Positions 23,179 to 35,400 are shown, counted from the stretch's first letter. The stretch: DNA of 64,000 nucleotides from Nitrospirota bacterium (GCA_963733375.1 CAVTDB010000026.1:96001-160000); one strand, 5' to 3'. Made by a program: numbers and translations. The notes: a model not told the origin generated them from the sequence alone.

Positions 23179-24540
23179 ATGAAGACCATTTCGATAAATC
23201 CCTACACGGAAGAAATAGTTGCGGAGTATCGGCATATGACGCCGGATGAGGTGGACGGGGAAGTCAAAAAATCCCGCCGATCTTTTTCGCTATGGTCGAA
23301 TCTTTCGGTTGCCGGGCGGATAGCGTATATCGGGAAGCTTGCTGACAATCTCCGGGCGGATAAGCGAAAATATGCTGAAATCATAACCCGCGAGATGGGG
23401 AAGCCTATCCGGGAATCGGTCGCGGAGATAGAGAAATGCGCCTTAGCCTGCGATTATTACGCCCAGAATGCTGAAAAATTTCTGGAGCCGGAAAAGGTAT
23501 CTGCCGAGGGCAAAAGTTATATCCTTTTCCAGCCGCTCGGCATCGTGCTTGGGATTATGCCGTGGAATTTCCCGTTCTGGCAGGTGTTCCGGTTTGCAAT
23601 CCCCGCGCTCGCCGCAGGGAACGTCGTGCTTCTCAAGCACGCATCTAACGTCCCGGCCTGCGCGCTCGCGATAGAGGAGGCGTTTTTAAAGGCGGGTTTC
23701 CCGGAGAATGTATTCAAAACTTTGATTATAGGCGCGGCAGCCGCCCTTAAGTTAATCGAGGACGACAAGGTGGACGCCGTCTCGCTGACAGGGAGCACGA
23801 AGGCGGGAGAAGAGGTCGCGGCGGCCGCGGGAAGACGTATAAAGAAAGTCGTGCTTGAGCTCGGAGGTTCGGACCCGTTTATCGTCCTGGATGACGCCGA
23901 TATTGCCGCGAGCGCCGGGATGGCTGTAAAAGCCAGGATGGTCAATGCGGGACAGAGCTGTATCGCGGCCAAAAGGTTCATCGTGATGGAGAGTGTGGCG
24001 GACGAATTTAAAAAGTTATTCCTCGCGCGGCTTATGGAACTGAAGGTGGGCGATCCGATGGACGAGACGACGGATATCGGTCCTGTCGCCAAGAGAGAGG
24101 TCCTGGATACGCTGAATGAACAGCTAAGCGACGCCAAGGCGAAAGGAGCGGAAATCCACCGGGCCGGGCATATATTTGACAGGGGGCTGTTTTTCCTTCC
24201 ATGCGCCGTCTTTAATCCGACAAAAGAGATGAGGATACTGACCGAAGAAGTCTTCGGCCCGATAGCCCCGGTCATTACGGTCAAGGATGAGGATGAGGCA
24301 ATCCGGGCCGCGAACGATACCGGGTTCGGTCTCGGTGCGTCGATCTGGAGCAGGGACCCTAAAAGAGCGGACCGGCTCGCCAGGCGGCTTGATGCCGGGT
24401 TTGTCGCGGTAAACGACATGGTAAAGTCAGACCCGAGGCTGCCGTTCGGAGGGATAAAGAAATCGGGCATCGGCAGGGAACTGTCGCATTACGGACTTAA
24501 GGAATTCGTGAATATCAAGACGGTGGCGATAAAGGAATAA
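23179..24540 (+). CDS. NAD(P)-dependent succinate-semialdehyde dehydrogenase family aldehyde dehydrogenase
   Basis: IMPWNFP, KHAS, LTGST, LELGGSDP, NAGQSCIA, EEVFGP, PFGGIKKSGIGRE. Confidence 0.9.
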   Translation: MKTISINPYTEEIVAEYRHMTPDEVDGEVKKSRRSFSLWSNLSVAGRIAYIGKLADNLRADKRKYAEIITREMGKPIRESVAEIEKCALACDYYAQNAEKFLEPEKVSAEGKSYILFQPLGIVLGIMPWNFPFWQVFRFAIPALAAGNVVLLKHASNVPACALAIEEAFLKAGFPENVFKTLIIGAAAALKLIEDDKVDAVSLTGSTKAGEEVAAAAGRRIKKVVLELGGSDPFIVLDDADIAASAGMAVKARMVNAGQSCIAAKRFIVMESVADEFKKLFLARLMELKVGDPMDETTDIGPVAKREVLDTLNEQLSDAKAKGAEIHRAGHIFDRGLFFLPCAVFNPTKEMRILTEEVFGPIAPVITVKDEDEAIRAANDTGFGLGASIWSRDPKRADRLARRLDAGFVAVNDMVKSDPRLPFGGIKKSGIGRELSHYGLKEFVNIKTVAIKE

Positions 24541-24574
24541 AAAAAGGGGCCGCTTTCGCAGCCCCTTTTATTTT
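24541..24574. terminator. Intrinsic terminator between convergent genes
   Basis: AAAAGGGGC...GCCCCTTTT hairpin. Confidence 0.7.
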
Positions 24575-24592
24575 GTCAGGCCCAGATTGGAC

Positions 24593-24803
24593 TCATGCCG
24601 CTTTTTTGTGATGCGCCATAAAGTCGCTGTATTCCTTCTCCGCTTTAACCTTGTCGTAGCCGTATCTCTTTTGCAGGATCCCAACGAATTTGGTGGCCGA
24701 ACCTTCGATTGCGGTCAGATCGTCATCGGTTAATTTGACCCCATTTCTCCTTAACCGAACCCTTGATCTCCTTCCAGGTCCCTTTAAAGATGTCCTCGTA
24801 CAT
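24593..24803 (-). CDS. CsbD-family stress protein (one indel)
   Basis: MYEDIFKGTWKEIKG..KEKW.KLTDDDL..IEG...GILQKRYGY; AAGGAG RBS. Confidence 0.85.
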
Positions 24804-24877
24804 ATGTTACTCCTTACATAAAGGTTCATTTATATCACCACTATATTATTATAATATTTCAGCAGATTACTGTCAAA

Positions 24878-25999
24878 TTATGAAGCGGATAATAGCCTTA
24901 TTTTAACCTGACAGGAGCATTCCGGGCGGCGAAGATGTGGTCTGACCAGAAACGTCTTGATGCCAAAAGACTTAGAACTCCATATAGCGATCCGAGACCG
25001 TGACTGATGTGAAGCAGTGCAAAGACCGGGGGCATGGCCAGTAAGAGTTTCGGGTCTTTCCTGTCCCGGCTTATCTTGAAGGAAAAATAAAGGGCGGCTG
25101 AAATATATGAGCATGAAATTGCCGACAGCAGCCAAGCAAAGACCGGGGAAAATATAGAGAGGGATATTGAAGTAATAAGGGAGGTTACAAAAATAAGCGG
25201 GATAAGATGTCTGACGGAAACAGGTTTTACTTTGCTCTCCTTCAAGGGAACTGAAGATGGAAAATCCATTACCGAAATTGTGCAGGAGGAAGGATTTTAT
25301 ATCCGTGCGGGCATAATATTGGCAGACGATATCCGGTGCAAGCAGGATATGCCCGCCGGATGCTCTTAACCTGCAGTTCAACTCCATATCCTGGTGTTTG
25401 ACAAGCTTTTCATTGAAAAGCCCGATCCGATCAAATACCTCTTTTTTATAGCAACCTCCAAACACGGTATCGACGAATACAGGTTCTTTGGTCCCCGACC
25501 TGAACATTGAATTGCCTACGCCAAACTTATGCGATAATGCCTGCGCTATGGCCTTGCCTATAAGCGTATTGTCTCTTGGCACGGTGACCATCACGCCTCC
25601 GACGTTGTCCACGGCATACTTTTCAAGATATTGAACGCATTTAGTAATATAGTCGCTGGCGTAAGTCGCATGCATGCCCATTATTATTATAATTTCGCCG
25701 CGGGCATTTTTAATTCCGAGGTTGAATGCGCAGGGCGTTGTCCTCTTTGTATTCTCAACCATCTTTATAAATTGATATTGGCTGGTATATCCGGCCAGGA
25801 TTTCTCTCGTGCCGTCCTCGCTCATCCCGTCAACTACAAGCACTTCCAGCCTGTCCTTCGGAAAGTCGGAAGAAATTATAGAATCTAAACAGCCTGCAAT
25901 AAATTTTTCTTCGTTCCGGCAGGGCAGGATAACGGTAACGAAGGGGGCGGTGCCGGGCGTTACCGCGGCTCCCTCATCAATAGACCTGTATCTGGTCAA
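24878..25999 (-). CDS. GT2 glycosyltransferase, ExoA-like (C-terminal frameshift)
   Basis: VILPCRNEE, VVDGMSEDGT, FGGCYK, HQDMELN; alternative frame gives TM tail LHISHGLG. Confidence 0.88.
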   Translation of the reverse strand: MTRYRSIDEGAAVTPGTAPFVTVILPCRNEEKFIAGCLDSIISSDFPKDRLEVLVVDGMSEDGTREILAGYTSQYQFIKMVENTKRTTPCAFNLGIKNARGEIIIIMGMHATYASDYITKCVQYLEKYAVDNVGGVMVTVPRDNTLIGKAIAQALSHKFGVGNSMFRSGTKEPVFVDTVFGGCYKKEVFDRIGLFNEKLVKHQDMELNCRLRASGGHILLAPDIVCQYYARTDIKSFLLHNFGNGFSIFSSLEGEQSKTCFRQTSYPAYFCNLPYYFNIPLYIFPGLCLAAVGNFMLIYFSRPLFFLQDKPGQERPETLTGHAPGLCTASHQSRSRIAIWSSKSFGIKTFLVRPHLRRPECSCQVKIRLLSAS

Positions 26000-26020
26000 T
26001 GTGTCCAGTGGTCACCCCCT

Positions 26021-27031
26021 TTAATTGGCACTGCGGGCGTAAGCCGACAGCATTCCGCGCAACTTCTGTTTTGTTCTGACAATCTTCCGGTAGGCTTCCC
26101 TGCCCAGCCTGGCGGCGCTGTTATAGCTTTTTGCATACCTGTACACAAGCACCTTGCGGGCACCGTATTTCTCCTTATACTTTCCTCCGCCGCACATGTC
26201 CAGTTGGGTCATCCCTCTTTTTGCGAAGATGGTCATCGCCGTCCAGTATAAAAGCTCGTTGGGGTACAGGCCTTGGTATTCCCTATAGGAGGCCGCGCCG
26301 AACAAATAAGCACATCGGTTGTCAAAAGGCAACAGGGCGGACGCTATGACCTTGTCTTCATGCTTTACCCGAAGAACAATTATCGAGCCTGGATGGAGTC
26401 TATTAAACAGGCTCCTTACGCGCCCGACGGGATAAGTCGGGACAAGCTTTTGCTTGGCGAATACGTCGATGAGTTGGGAGTAGTAATCATCGATAGCGGC
26501 GGGGCAGTCGCATGCCTCGACAACAAGGTTGTTGCTTGTCCCCTTGCGGATATTCTGCCTGCACCTCCTCTCGAGGTTCCGCTGCATCTGGTCTTCATCC
26601 GCGCATAAAGGGACGACATAGGTGACCCCCTCCTGAACGCTGTATCCATGGCGGCGCATCAGGTCGGGCGGCATGGACGGGCTGCAAAGCTCGACGTGGT
26701 TGATCTTAATGGCTTTGCAGGTCCAGTCAAGCGCTGTCATGAATTTCTCAAAATCAAATCCTTCGTTCACCACCGGGCCCATGTAATCCGTAGTCCAGCC
26801 TGGCAATGGGCTCCCCAATATCCTCAGCGGGCCTTTCTTAACGACAAGCCCGACAAAGTAACCGATGGTCTGGTGATTTTCGATTATCCTGAACTTAAGT
26901 GTCTTTGCACCCTGGGTCTCTTCGATGAACCTCAGCCAGCCCGATTGATGAAAGAGGCATTTGGTGTCAAAGGCTTCTATCGCCTCATCCCATCCCTCTG
27001 GAGTCACGTCAGTGATGAGTTCAAGTTCCAT
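26021..27031 (-). CDS. FemAB-like GNAT protein (Acetyltransf_6/CelD-BcsL type)
   Basis: WDE...LFHQSGWL, RQNIRKG, PNELLYW, DMCGG..YKEKYGA; GGAGG RBS. Confidence 0.75.
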   Translation of the reverse strand: MELELITDVTPEGWDEAIEAFDTKCLFHQSGWLRFIEETQGAKTLKFRIIENHQTIGYFVGLVVKKGPLRILGSPLPGWTTDYMGPVVNEGFDFEKFMTALDWTCKAIKINHVELCSPSMPPDLMRRHGYSVQEGVTYVVPLCADEDQMQRNLERRCRQNIRKGTSNNLVVEACDCPAAIDDYYSQLIDVFAKQKLVPTYPVGRVRSLFNRLHPGSIIVLRVKHEDKVIASALLPFDNRCAYLFGAASYREYQGLYPNELLYWTAMTIFAKRGMTQLDMCGGGKYKEKYGARKVLVYRYAKSYNSAARLGREAYRKIVRTKQKLRGMLSAYARSAN

Positions 27032-27039
27032 TATAGGAC

Positions 27040-27399
27040 CTCCGGATTTTACAGCTGTCTGGCAATCTTGTATCCTCCGTCCCCGCACTGCTGGGCCTGC
27101 CAGCCGCACGTTTCCTGAAATTTTCCGGCAATCATGAGATAGTCGGAGCCCACATGTTCCTCGACCTTTGAACACCCCCTGTCCTTCAGGACGTTCGAAC
27201 AGTTGAAGATACAGGCTCGCCTGGCGTTAGCCAGACTGCTGGGATCCCAGGAGAAAAACGGGAGGTGGGGATTGTCCTCCTATTTTAATTGATATCCCTT
27301 TCATTCCTGATTAAGGCTTACAGCGCGCCTTTATATAAGCTCCAGCACCCCGTCAATATCCGCCGAAATCGCCGGCCCTATTATTATGTCTTCTTTCAT
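27040..27399 (-). pseudogene. Possible degenerate GNAT gene remnant
   Basis: ATG at 27399 reads MKEDIIIGPAISADIDGVLELI, then several in-frame stops and EDNPH; resembles a GNAT N-terminus. Confidence 0.3.
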
Positions 27400-27416
27400 G
27401 TTTCCATTCCTTGCGG

Positions 27417-28346
27417 TTAAGCGTGAGACAATTTCGCCAAAAGCCATTTCATCTCCATGCCGACTCTCTCCCGGAATGGCCTGGTTTCCCTTGATTGCTT
27501 GGTTTCAAGATAATCGAGCAGTGTCGAGACGGGGACAAACCAACCGTTGCGCTTCGAGAGCTCCGTCAGCAGCTTTTCTGTTTGCGGGTTTACCTTTCCT
27601 GATTCGACGAATCCGCACGCAAAATGCGTGTACATAATGCAAACCCCGCCCTCCTGTTCGAGTTTGTCCTGGTTCCGGGACGCGATCAGCCGGTTGAAGC
27701 TATTCACTTCCGGGCCATCGCAGGAGGAAAACCAGTATTTGACGAAGGGCCTCTTCGGGTCTTTGTAAGGCATGGTCGGATTAACCCGGAGCAGGTTGAT
27801 TTCCGGGAACACAAGGTTTCTCACATACTTGATCCGGCTCCGACAAATATCTCCCCAGAAATAAGGGGATGATGGGTTATCTCCTTCGAAAACAAGTCGC
27901 TTTCCGGCAAGTTTTTTCATAATCTTATAGATGGCGCCGACAAACGGCAGGTCGAGCCTCTCGCGACCCCAGTAAATGTTTTCACTATTATATGAATGAT
28001 TGGCATGGACCTGCGGATAATAACCCACCAGATCCCTGAAAGTTTCGAGGGCGGATATGGTAGTTTCCCTTCTGCTCGAACAATTCGAGGCGTTGTGGAA
28101 CGCTATTTCGAACCCTTTTTCCTGCAGCCACTTTATAAACCGCGCATACCCCTCATCCGCCAGCGTATCGGAGCCGTAGAAGCGGTCTTTAGTATCACGT
28201 CCGGGAAAAACCCATACGCTCTTGGTCGTCGCCATGCCAAGTCTTGAAAGCAGTTCATAGATCGGCTTGACGTTTTCCACGGTTGCGTGATCCGTATCGT
28301 CGAATATAGTAAAGGCGAACTTTTTACCTTCAGGGAATTCAAGCAT
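27417..28346 (-). CDS. Polysaccharide deacetylase-like (NodB-fold) protein
   Basis: FAFTIFDDTD, GFEIAFH, HANH, IMYTHF, GWFVPVSTLLD. Confidence 0.7.
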   Translation of the reverse strand: MLEFPEGKKFAFTIFDDTDHATVENVKPIYELLSRLGMATTKSVWVFPGRDTKDRFYGSDTLADEGYARFIKWLQEKGFEIAFHNASNCSSRRETTISALETFRDLVGYYPQVHANHSYNSENIYWGRERLDLPFVGAIYKIMKKLAGKRLVFEGDNPSSPYFWGDICRSRIKYVRNLVFPEINLLRVNPTMPYKDPKRPFVKYWFSSCDGPEVNSFNRLIASRNQDKLEQEGGVCIMYTHFACGFVESGKVNPQTEKLLTELSKRNGWFVPVSTLLDYLETKQSRETRPFRERVGMEMKWLLAKLSHA

Positions 28347-28359
28347 GGGGCAGCCCCTT

Positions 28360-29502
28360 TTATGAATTTGATAATTTAGCGTCGCCTGTCCTTGCTTTAC
28401 CCAAAATGCGGCTGTAAAGCCCAATCAGCTTACCGGCTTCAATTTCCCAGTTGTACTTTTCCATTACCGCTTTCCTGCCGTTTTCTCCCATACGCCTTGC
28501 GGCCTCCGGGTTGTCGATGAAATACGTTATCTTCCTGGCTATCTCAACGGGATCGGTTGAGTCGACCGTAAGTCCGCAGTCCTCGCGCTCAATTATCCTC
28601 TTCAGGTTGGGGAGGGCCGAACCCAGCACGGGAATGCCGCTGCCCATATACTCAAAAAGCTTGACCGTGCCCTCGCCCGCCAGCATGTAGGCCGGGACAG
28701 GCTGAAGCAATACAAGCCCCAGGTCGCACTCGGGCAGCAGACTCAACACCTCCTGCCATGGCCTATAGCCGCGATAATCTACCCTCTCATACCCCTTCAT
28801 CTCCTCGGCCTTCCGCCTGTCTTCAGGGGATAGCTCGCCCAACAGTATCAGCCTGGCCGGTCTTTCGACATGCTCCATGGCCTCTACCATCTTGAAGAGG
28901 CCCCTGTCGGCTATAATTCCACCCGCATAAACGCATTTGAACTCGCCCCCGGACTTCTTCGTCCTGACCGGGTTAACCGGCCTGCCTGGAAAATTGCTCA
29001 CCATCACGGCCCGTCCCTTGAACTTGGCTTCAATGACCTTGTCTACAACTACCACACCGTTGAAAATCCTGGATGACAGCGTTTCGAAGAAGTCAAAAAC
29101 ATTGGCTATCAGTTTTCTCAATCCCCAGTACCCCGGCTGTCTCGACATAAAATTCTGCTTGTTGTACTCGTGCACGTCGTAGATCACGCGGTTGCCCAGG
29201 AGCTTGAGCAAAAGCCCTGCAGGCAGAAGCTCCGGATCATGGAAATGGTAAACGTCGGCCTTTTCCCGAAGCGAGGCCTTGAAGGCAAGGGGCGCTGTGA
29301 TGAGAGCCCGGCGGAACAGACTTTCAAAACCTGGCACTGCCCTGACTGTTATCCCGTCCAGCACCTCGTCGGCCGTATGCGGCGCGACGAAGACGACTTC
29401 ATAGCCGGCCTTCAAGAGGCTCTTTGCCTCTTTTTCGAACACCCTTCCTTCATAAGGAGGATGTCCCGAAGACAATATGCATACTTTGGCTTTTGCTTTC
29501 AT
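28360..29502 (-). CDS. GT4 glycosyltransferase
   Basis: YHFHDPEL, YDVHE, KLFEYM..GIPV, MGENGRKAV..KYNW. Confidence 0.9.
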   Translation of the reverse strand: MKAKAKVCILSSGHPPYEGRVFEKEAKSLLKAGYEVVFVAPHTADEVLDGITVRAVPGFESLFRRALITAPLAFKASLREKADVYHFHDPELLPAGLLLKLLGNRVIYDVHEYNKQNFMSRQPGYWGLRKLIANVFDFFETLSSRIFNGVVVVDKVIEAKFKGRAVMVSNFPGRPVNPVRTKKSGGEFKCVYAGGIIADRGLFKMVEAMEHVERPARLILLGELSPEDRRKAEEMKGYERVDYRGYRPWQEVLSLLPECDLGLVLLQPVPAYMLAGEGTVKLFEYMGSGIPVLGSALPNLKRIIEREDCGLTVDSTDPVEIARKITYFIDNPEAARRMGENGRKAVMEKYNWEIEAGKLIGLYSRILGKARTGDAKLSNS

Positions 29503-29531
29503 ACTCCCGCTGGATTCCTTTTAAAAGCTCA

Positions 29532-30945
29532 CTATTTTCCGGTTGCCGGGTTTTCGGCACCCTTTACTTCACTAAGCTCTATTTTGCGGTTCAGCGCGTA
29601 TATAATTCCTATCGCAGAAAAAAGCTCTCTATGATCGTTTATGTCGCCCGACTTCAGGGCGTTAAGTAACATGAAGATGAAAATCGACAAGATGGTAACG
29701 GCCGTATAATAGTTCTCACCGATTGCCCTCTTTACCAGGGAGTAGGCCTTGCTGAAACTCCAGTAAAGGAGCAGCAAAAGCGAAGTCAAGCCGAATATAC
29801 CGATTTCAGACCCCACTTCCAGAAGGATGTTGTGGGGATATTCTCCTCTGACGGCGTCGACCCCCTTATAAAAAACCGAGAAACCGCCGGCACCCAGCCC
29901 TGCGATTAAATATTGCGGTGTGGACATCGCATTAAGGGCCGCTTTTGCCATATAAATCCTTTCCATCACCGACGCCCCGCCGCCCACGTCGTTTAATACG
30001 TCCAGCCTGTAAGTCATCCTAGCAAACTCCTGATAGGTATAACCGAAATATCCCACCGCAACCAGGAATACCAGCACAGTCCATATCCTTATCTTGCCGC
30101 GCTCTCTGCGTTTCTGCCTTAACAGGAAGGGGATTGCGACCAGGGTTGCGACCAAGGCGAAAAGCGGACCCCGGGCCCCGGATACCATTAGCCCGTAAAT
30201 GGCTGCCGGACAGATCGCCGCGATGTAAAAAATACGTCTTATAACGGACCGGTCCTTCATGAAAAAATAAAAGAAAACTATAATAAAAGTCGTAGCCATG
30301 GACCGGCCTATCGACAGGTATTGGTCACCAAGAGCGCCTATTGCGACTTCCGAATCGAGGTTAAGCGCTCCGTTTTGTATGATGTCATATAACATTACTC
30401 CGGTTAAGATAATGTATATAATAAGGAAGTTCCTGAATTTTTTCGAGAAATCAGCATCTTCCGATTCTTGAAAAACATAGTACGGGGCAAAAAAGGCGAG
30501 GGTTGTGAGAGAGACAAACCTGGTCAGCTTTTCGGTGCCGTAGACCGGGGCGATGGTATACAGGAGACTGATTCCCGCCAGAAGGGAAAAGACCAGAAAG
30601 GGAAGATACATCCTGGAGGGGGGCGCCGCAAGCTTGATCCGTTTCTGATTTATCCCCCACAATATGCCTACGATAGTCAAAGCGCCGAAAAAAACGGTTG
30701 CGTCCAGATGCGCAAACTGGAGGCGAGGGTCGCCCTTGTAATCGCCCGACGTTCAGGAACAGCGCATATATGACCTCGGGATGCTTTAATGTCAACGCGA
30801 TGAAGAGAACCGCCACGCCAGTCAACAGGCTGAACTTGACTGGAAACTCTGAGGTCAGCACTGCAATCAGTGGGACCATCAGCATCAGAGTTATGAGTGC
30901 CATGGTCCTGAACCCCTGCTCTTGTGAAAGCGCTTTTACATTCAT
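29532..30945 (-). CDS. Wzy/O-antigen ligase-like polymerase (frameshift near 30700-30750)
   Basis: Multi-TM; SGARGP, ERI, GLGAGGF, YPHNILLE...E.GIFG. Confidence 0.8.
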
Positions 30946-32220
30946 TGCCTGAAGCTCCATTTCAGGTTCAATCCGTAAGATGGATAATGAAACCTTGATG
31001 GTCAAGAAGCAGAGCAACAACATCCCCAGCATGAAGGACAGGGGAATGCCGGTAAGGGTAAAGTGGCCCGCTTTTACCACAAAGTATGCAACGGCGGAAA
31101 CGAACAGGGCTCTGTAAATGTTGCCTGCATTAACAGCCTTGACATTTGCCGCGTCGATAGAACTCCTGAGCGCTATATACAAAGCGTTCGGCACTGCGGC
31201 CAGTATCGCGAGCCTTACGATGCCGGCCGCTTCATCAAACTGCGGTCCCAGCCAGTAATGCACCAGATATTTTGCAGACAGGTACAATGCGGCCGTCACT
31301 CCAATGGACGTTATGGCCGTATATTTAATTATCCTTTGAAGAATGATCCGCGCCTCGTCATGCTTTCCTTCGGAAAGGATTGTGCTCATCTTCGGCAGCG
31401 TGATAAGGCCTACCGGTTGGAAAATGGCCCCCACCATAGAGACCATGCTTACTCCGAACGCGACGAAGCCCGCCTCCTTTATCCCAAACAGGTTTGCCGT
31501 CAGGAATGCCGGCAGCGCCAGCATGCCTGCCATGCTGATATCACCCGGCACCCGCGCCAGGCCATATCTCAGAAGCTCTTTCGTCGAGGAAATTAAATTT
31601 AGTTTTCCCAGGTGAGGGATGACGACCACTGACTATAGGCAACGAAAAAACAAAGGAGACCAGGAACATGCCAGCCGTGGTTATCTCCAGCGCGGTTTTT
31701 ACCGAACTGGCGATCAGAAGGGCGCCGCCAGCGGCACGATGCCTATGAAAATGCTGATGATATTTGCCGCCACGAATCTTCCGTTGCCCCTGTAAAACGA
31801 GTAAACAAGGGAACTGCACCATATAACTCTCAGCCGAGAAAGGAAAATGATCCGTACATATTCTTCATAGCCCGGCTTGCCGAAAACAGCTCTTCCAATC
31901 AAGCCCGGCATAAGGTTGATGATCGCAAGCACCAAGGCCGAAAAAAGCAGGACGCTCCCGTAGCCCGCGATAATATAAGAAGCCTGTTCTCTGCCATCAC
32001 CTCCTTTTGCGGAAGAGATTGCAATATATCTCGCCAGGCCGACACCGAGACCCATGATAAGGACCGGTTCCATGAAGCTTGATGCCCGCCGTACAAGAGC
32101 ATAAATCCCGAAGCCCTCGGGACCGAGCGACTTTGCGGCCAGTTTGTAAACCAGGATGCCGCAGAGGAAGCTAAAGGCATAACTTATAAAGGTAATTATA
32201 AGGTCTTTTTTCATACTCAT
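30942..32220 (-). CDS. Wzx/MOP-family oligosaccharide flippase (frameshifted)
   Basis: LGPEGFGIYAL, GLGVGLARY, ELLRYG, LPKMS, WLGPQF. Confidence 0.8.
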
Positions 32221-32414
32221 CCTCTTACTTATTCAGAAGCGTGGATTGTCGAGAGCAAAAACCTTGATGAAGGCTTAGAACGGGCTTAGAACTTTAAAAA
32301 ACGATTTCTCGGTGGCTTCGGATGGTAGAAATGCTTTAATAAATATAACACCGGACAACTATTTGTCAACTACGGCAGGAATGGGTTTTAATTAAGAATT
32401 AAGGATTAGATCCC

Positions 32415-32451
32415 AAAAAAAAGGGGGTTGGGCAATAGCCCAACCCCTTTT
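32415..32451 (-). terminator. Intrinsic terminator after the long NHL protein gene
   Basis: A run then GGGGTTGGGC-AATA-GCCCAACCCC. Confidence 0.75.
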
Positions 32452-32476
32452 AATCTAAGGTTACCCGTCAGAGATG

Positions 32477-35400
32477 TTAGTACGCTCCTATGTCATATGA
32501 CGGTCCGGGGGACATTATTAAATTTGTAAGTTAACTGGCTTATTGGCGTCCCCGCGCCAATCGCAGGGCTTCCGGCATTCAGCCGGTAATTCCCGATGAA
32601 GAGCTTACATAGGAAGGGTTTGCGCTGATCGAATGCTGCTCGTTAGCGGATGTTGGCCTCTGTACTGCGCAAGGGAATAGTTCGATCCATTCCACTGGAT
32701 ATCGGTCGCGTTGCCGTACCAGAGATTATAGTCGCCAGCGATCTTGGGTGTAATCAAACGAGCCGACCCTCATGCCCCACTGACTGCAATTGCTGATGAT
32801 ATTGTTTTTCATCGTGAGGTTGACACTCCCACCGGATCGTTCTGCCCGGCTTGGCCGAAATCAAGGCCGTAATGGCATTCTGTCTATGGTGTTGTTATAG
32901 CATCAACTAGTTTTGCCCGTCGTCGCCGAACAAAATCCCGAAATTGCAAGTTTGTTATAACGTTGTTGTAAATCAACGGCCATTTACGTCTGGGGCCGTG
33001 CCAGCCCTGGATGCCCCAGCTCGCAATGTGCTAATCAGGTTGTTCCGGATCGTTATGTTCGAGTAGATGCCATGATATAGATACCTGGTCCTGGCTATGT
33101 ATTAGTACCTATGTCGCAATCGAGAACGCAGTTTTGAATCGTAATGTTCGATGCGTTGCCGCCGCCCCAATCAGAAACTATATTGCCGTCAACACTGTAG
33201 TGCTGTATGGTCATTCCATCAAGGACTATGACCCTGAATTTTCAAAAACCACAAAAACACCCGGCAGACACACATGTCCCGTCAAAAACCGGCGTCTCGC
33301 CAGGATAGGCCTTGAAGGTAATCGGGGCAGTCGCCGTGCCGGATGGCGAGTACCAGTTCAGACCATTGTGCCCAAGCCCCCTGCCCCGTGTAAGTCCCGC
33401 CGCGGGCATAAAGGGTGTCTCCGGCCTTTAATTGCTTGCTTGCGTATGGCCAGCGTCTTCCACGGCGAGCTTATCGTCCCGCTGTTACTGTCCGAACCGG
33501 TCGGGAGACATGTAATAGGAGTTGCCCGTCGAGACGGTGGCCGCCGCCAGGGTGTAAGCGTCCGAATTCGTGGTGGTAGCGCCTGAACTGTCCTTAACGG
33601 TAACTTTGACGGTATTGCTGCCCGCCATGGCGCTGGTCGTGGCCCAGTTCCAGGAACTGGAAGTGCCATAGGCCTGCGTCACCACAAATGTGCCGCTGGT
33701 GTCAGGCCCGCTCCTGGAGAACTGGTACTGGTAGCCCCCGCTGCCGCCCGAAGCGGTTGAAGTGCATGTAACCGTCGTGCCGGCAGTCGCCGTAGTGGGA
33801 CTGACAGCAAGGCCGTCCGAGAGGGGAGGCGGCGTTGATGCTGGATAAAGTATATGCAACGGAAACGGTCGCCGTAGCACCTGTGCTGTCTTTTACGCTG
33901 ACAGATATGGTGTTGCTGCCCGCCATCGCGCTGGTCGTGGCCCAGTTCCAGGTATTAGAGGTGCCGTAGGCCTGAACCACAATGGATGACCCGCCGGTGT
34001 CCGGGCCGGTGCGAGAGAACTGGTACTGGTAACTGCCGGACCCGCCGGTTGCCGCGGCGGTCCAGGTGACAGATGCGCCCGCAGTCGCCGGTGACCGGGT
34101 TGGCCGTAAGCGAATTTACCGCTATCGGTGTATTGCTTACCGTGTAGGCCGGGAGCCGTGCTTGAGACCTGGCCCGTGCCGTCGGAATTCCTCACTCCGA
34201 CCGTTATCGTGTCGCTCCCGACCATTGCGCTGGTGGGAGTCCAGGTCCATGTCCTTGGACGTCCCCCAGGCTTGGGCCACCACGGCCGTCCCGCCGGTGT
34301 CCGGGCCGGTGCGTGAGAACTGGTACTGGTATGTGCCGCGTACCGCCGGAGGCTGACGCCGTCCAGGTTACCGGAGTCCCCACCGTAACAGGGACTTGGC
34401 ACGCTCGGGGTTATGGAGCCGATGACGATGGCCGTGACCACCTGCGCTATGGTATATGTCACTGATTTCGAGACCGTCCCGGAGCCGTCCGAGTTTCTGA
34501 CGCTGACCATGATGGTGTTTGTGCCTGCCATTGAAGATGTGGTGGCCCAGTTCCACGAACTGGAACTGCCCCAGCCCTGCGCTACCACGTAGGCTCCGCT
34601 CGTGTCAGGGCCCATCCTGGAGAACTGGTACTGGTATGTGCCGCTCCCGCCCGTGGCTGACGCCGTCCAGGTGACGGATGCGCCAGCCGTCGCAGGGCTT
34701 GCAACTGATGGTACCAACGAGTTTACCACAATAGCCGGAACTGTGGCCGGACTTACGGTATAGGCCGGGGCCGTGCTTGTGACCTGGCCCGTGCCGTCGG
34801 AATTCCTCACTCCGACCGTTATCGTGTCGCTCCCGACCATTGCGCTGGTGGGAGTCCAGGTCCATGTCTTTGCCGTCCCCCATGCCTGCGCCACCACGGC
34901 CGTCCCGCCGGTATCCGGGCCGGTGCGTGAGAACTGGTACTGGTATGTGCCGCGTTCCGCCCGTGGCCGACGCCGTCCAGGTTACGGAAGTGCCAACCGT
35001 CTCAGGGCTTGCAACTGATGGTGCCAACGAGTTTACCACAATGGCCGGAACAGTGGCCGGACTTACGGTATAGGCCGGGGCCGTGCTTGAAACCTCGCCC
35101 GTGCCGTCGGAATTTTTGACGTAAACCGATATCGTGTTGCTGCCCGCCATCGCCGAAGTCGTCGTCCAGGACCAGGTATTGGAAGTCCCGTATGCCTTCG
35201 CCACTACGGCCGTACCGCCGGTGTCCGGGCCGGTGCGCATGAACTGGTACTGGTATGTGCCGCTCCCGCCGGTGGCTGACGCCGTCCAGGTGACGGTGTT
35301 GCCCGCCACGGCCGAAGATACGCTTGGCGTTATGGAGCTTATAGTGATGGCCGAGGCGGCCCCCACGGTATAAGTTTTAGACTTGGAGCCTTTACCTTTC

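Noticed and set aside
30451-31629. Apparent Wzx-Wzy fusion
   Set aside because: Frameshift-rich region; an ATGA-type junction near 30942-30945 suggests two ordinary genes
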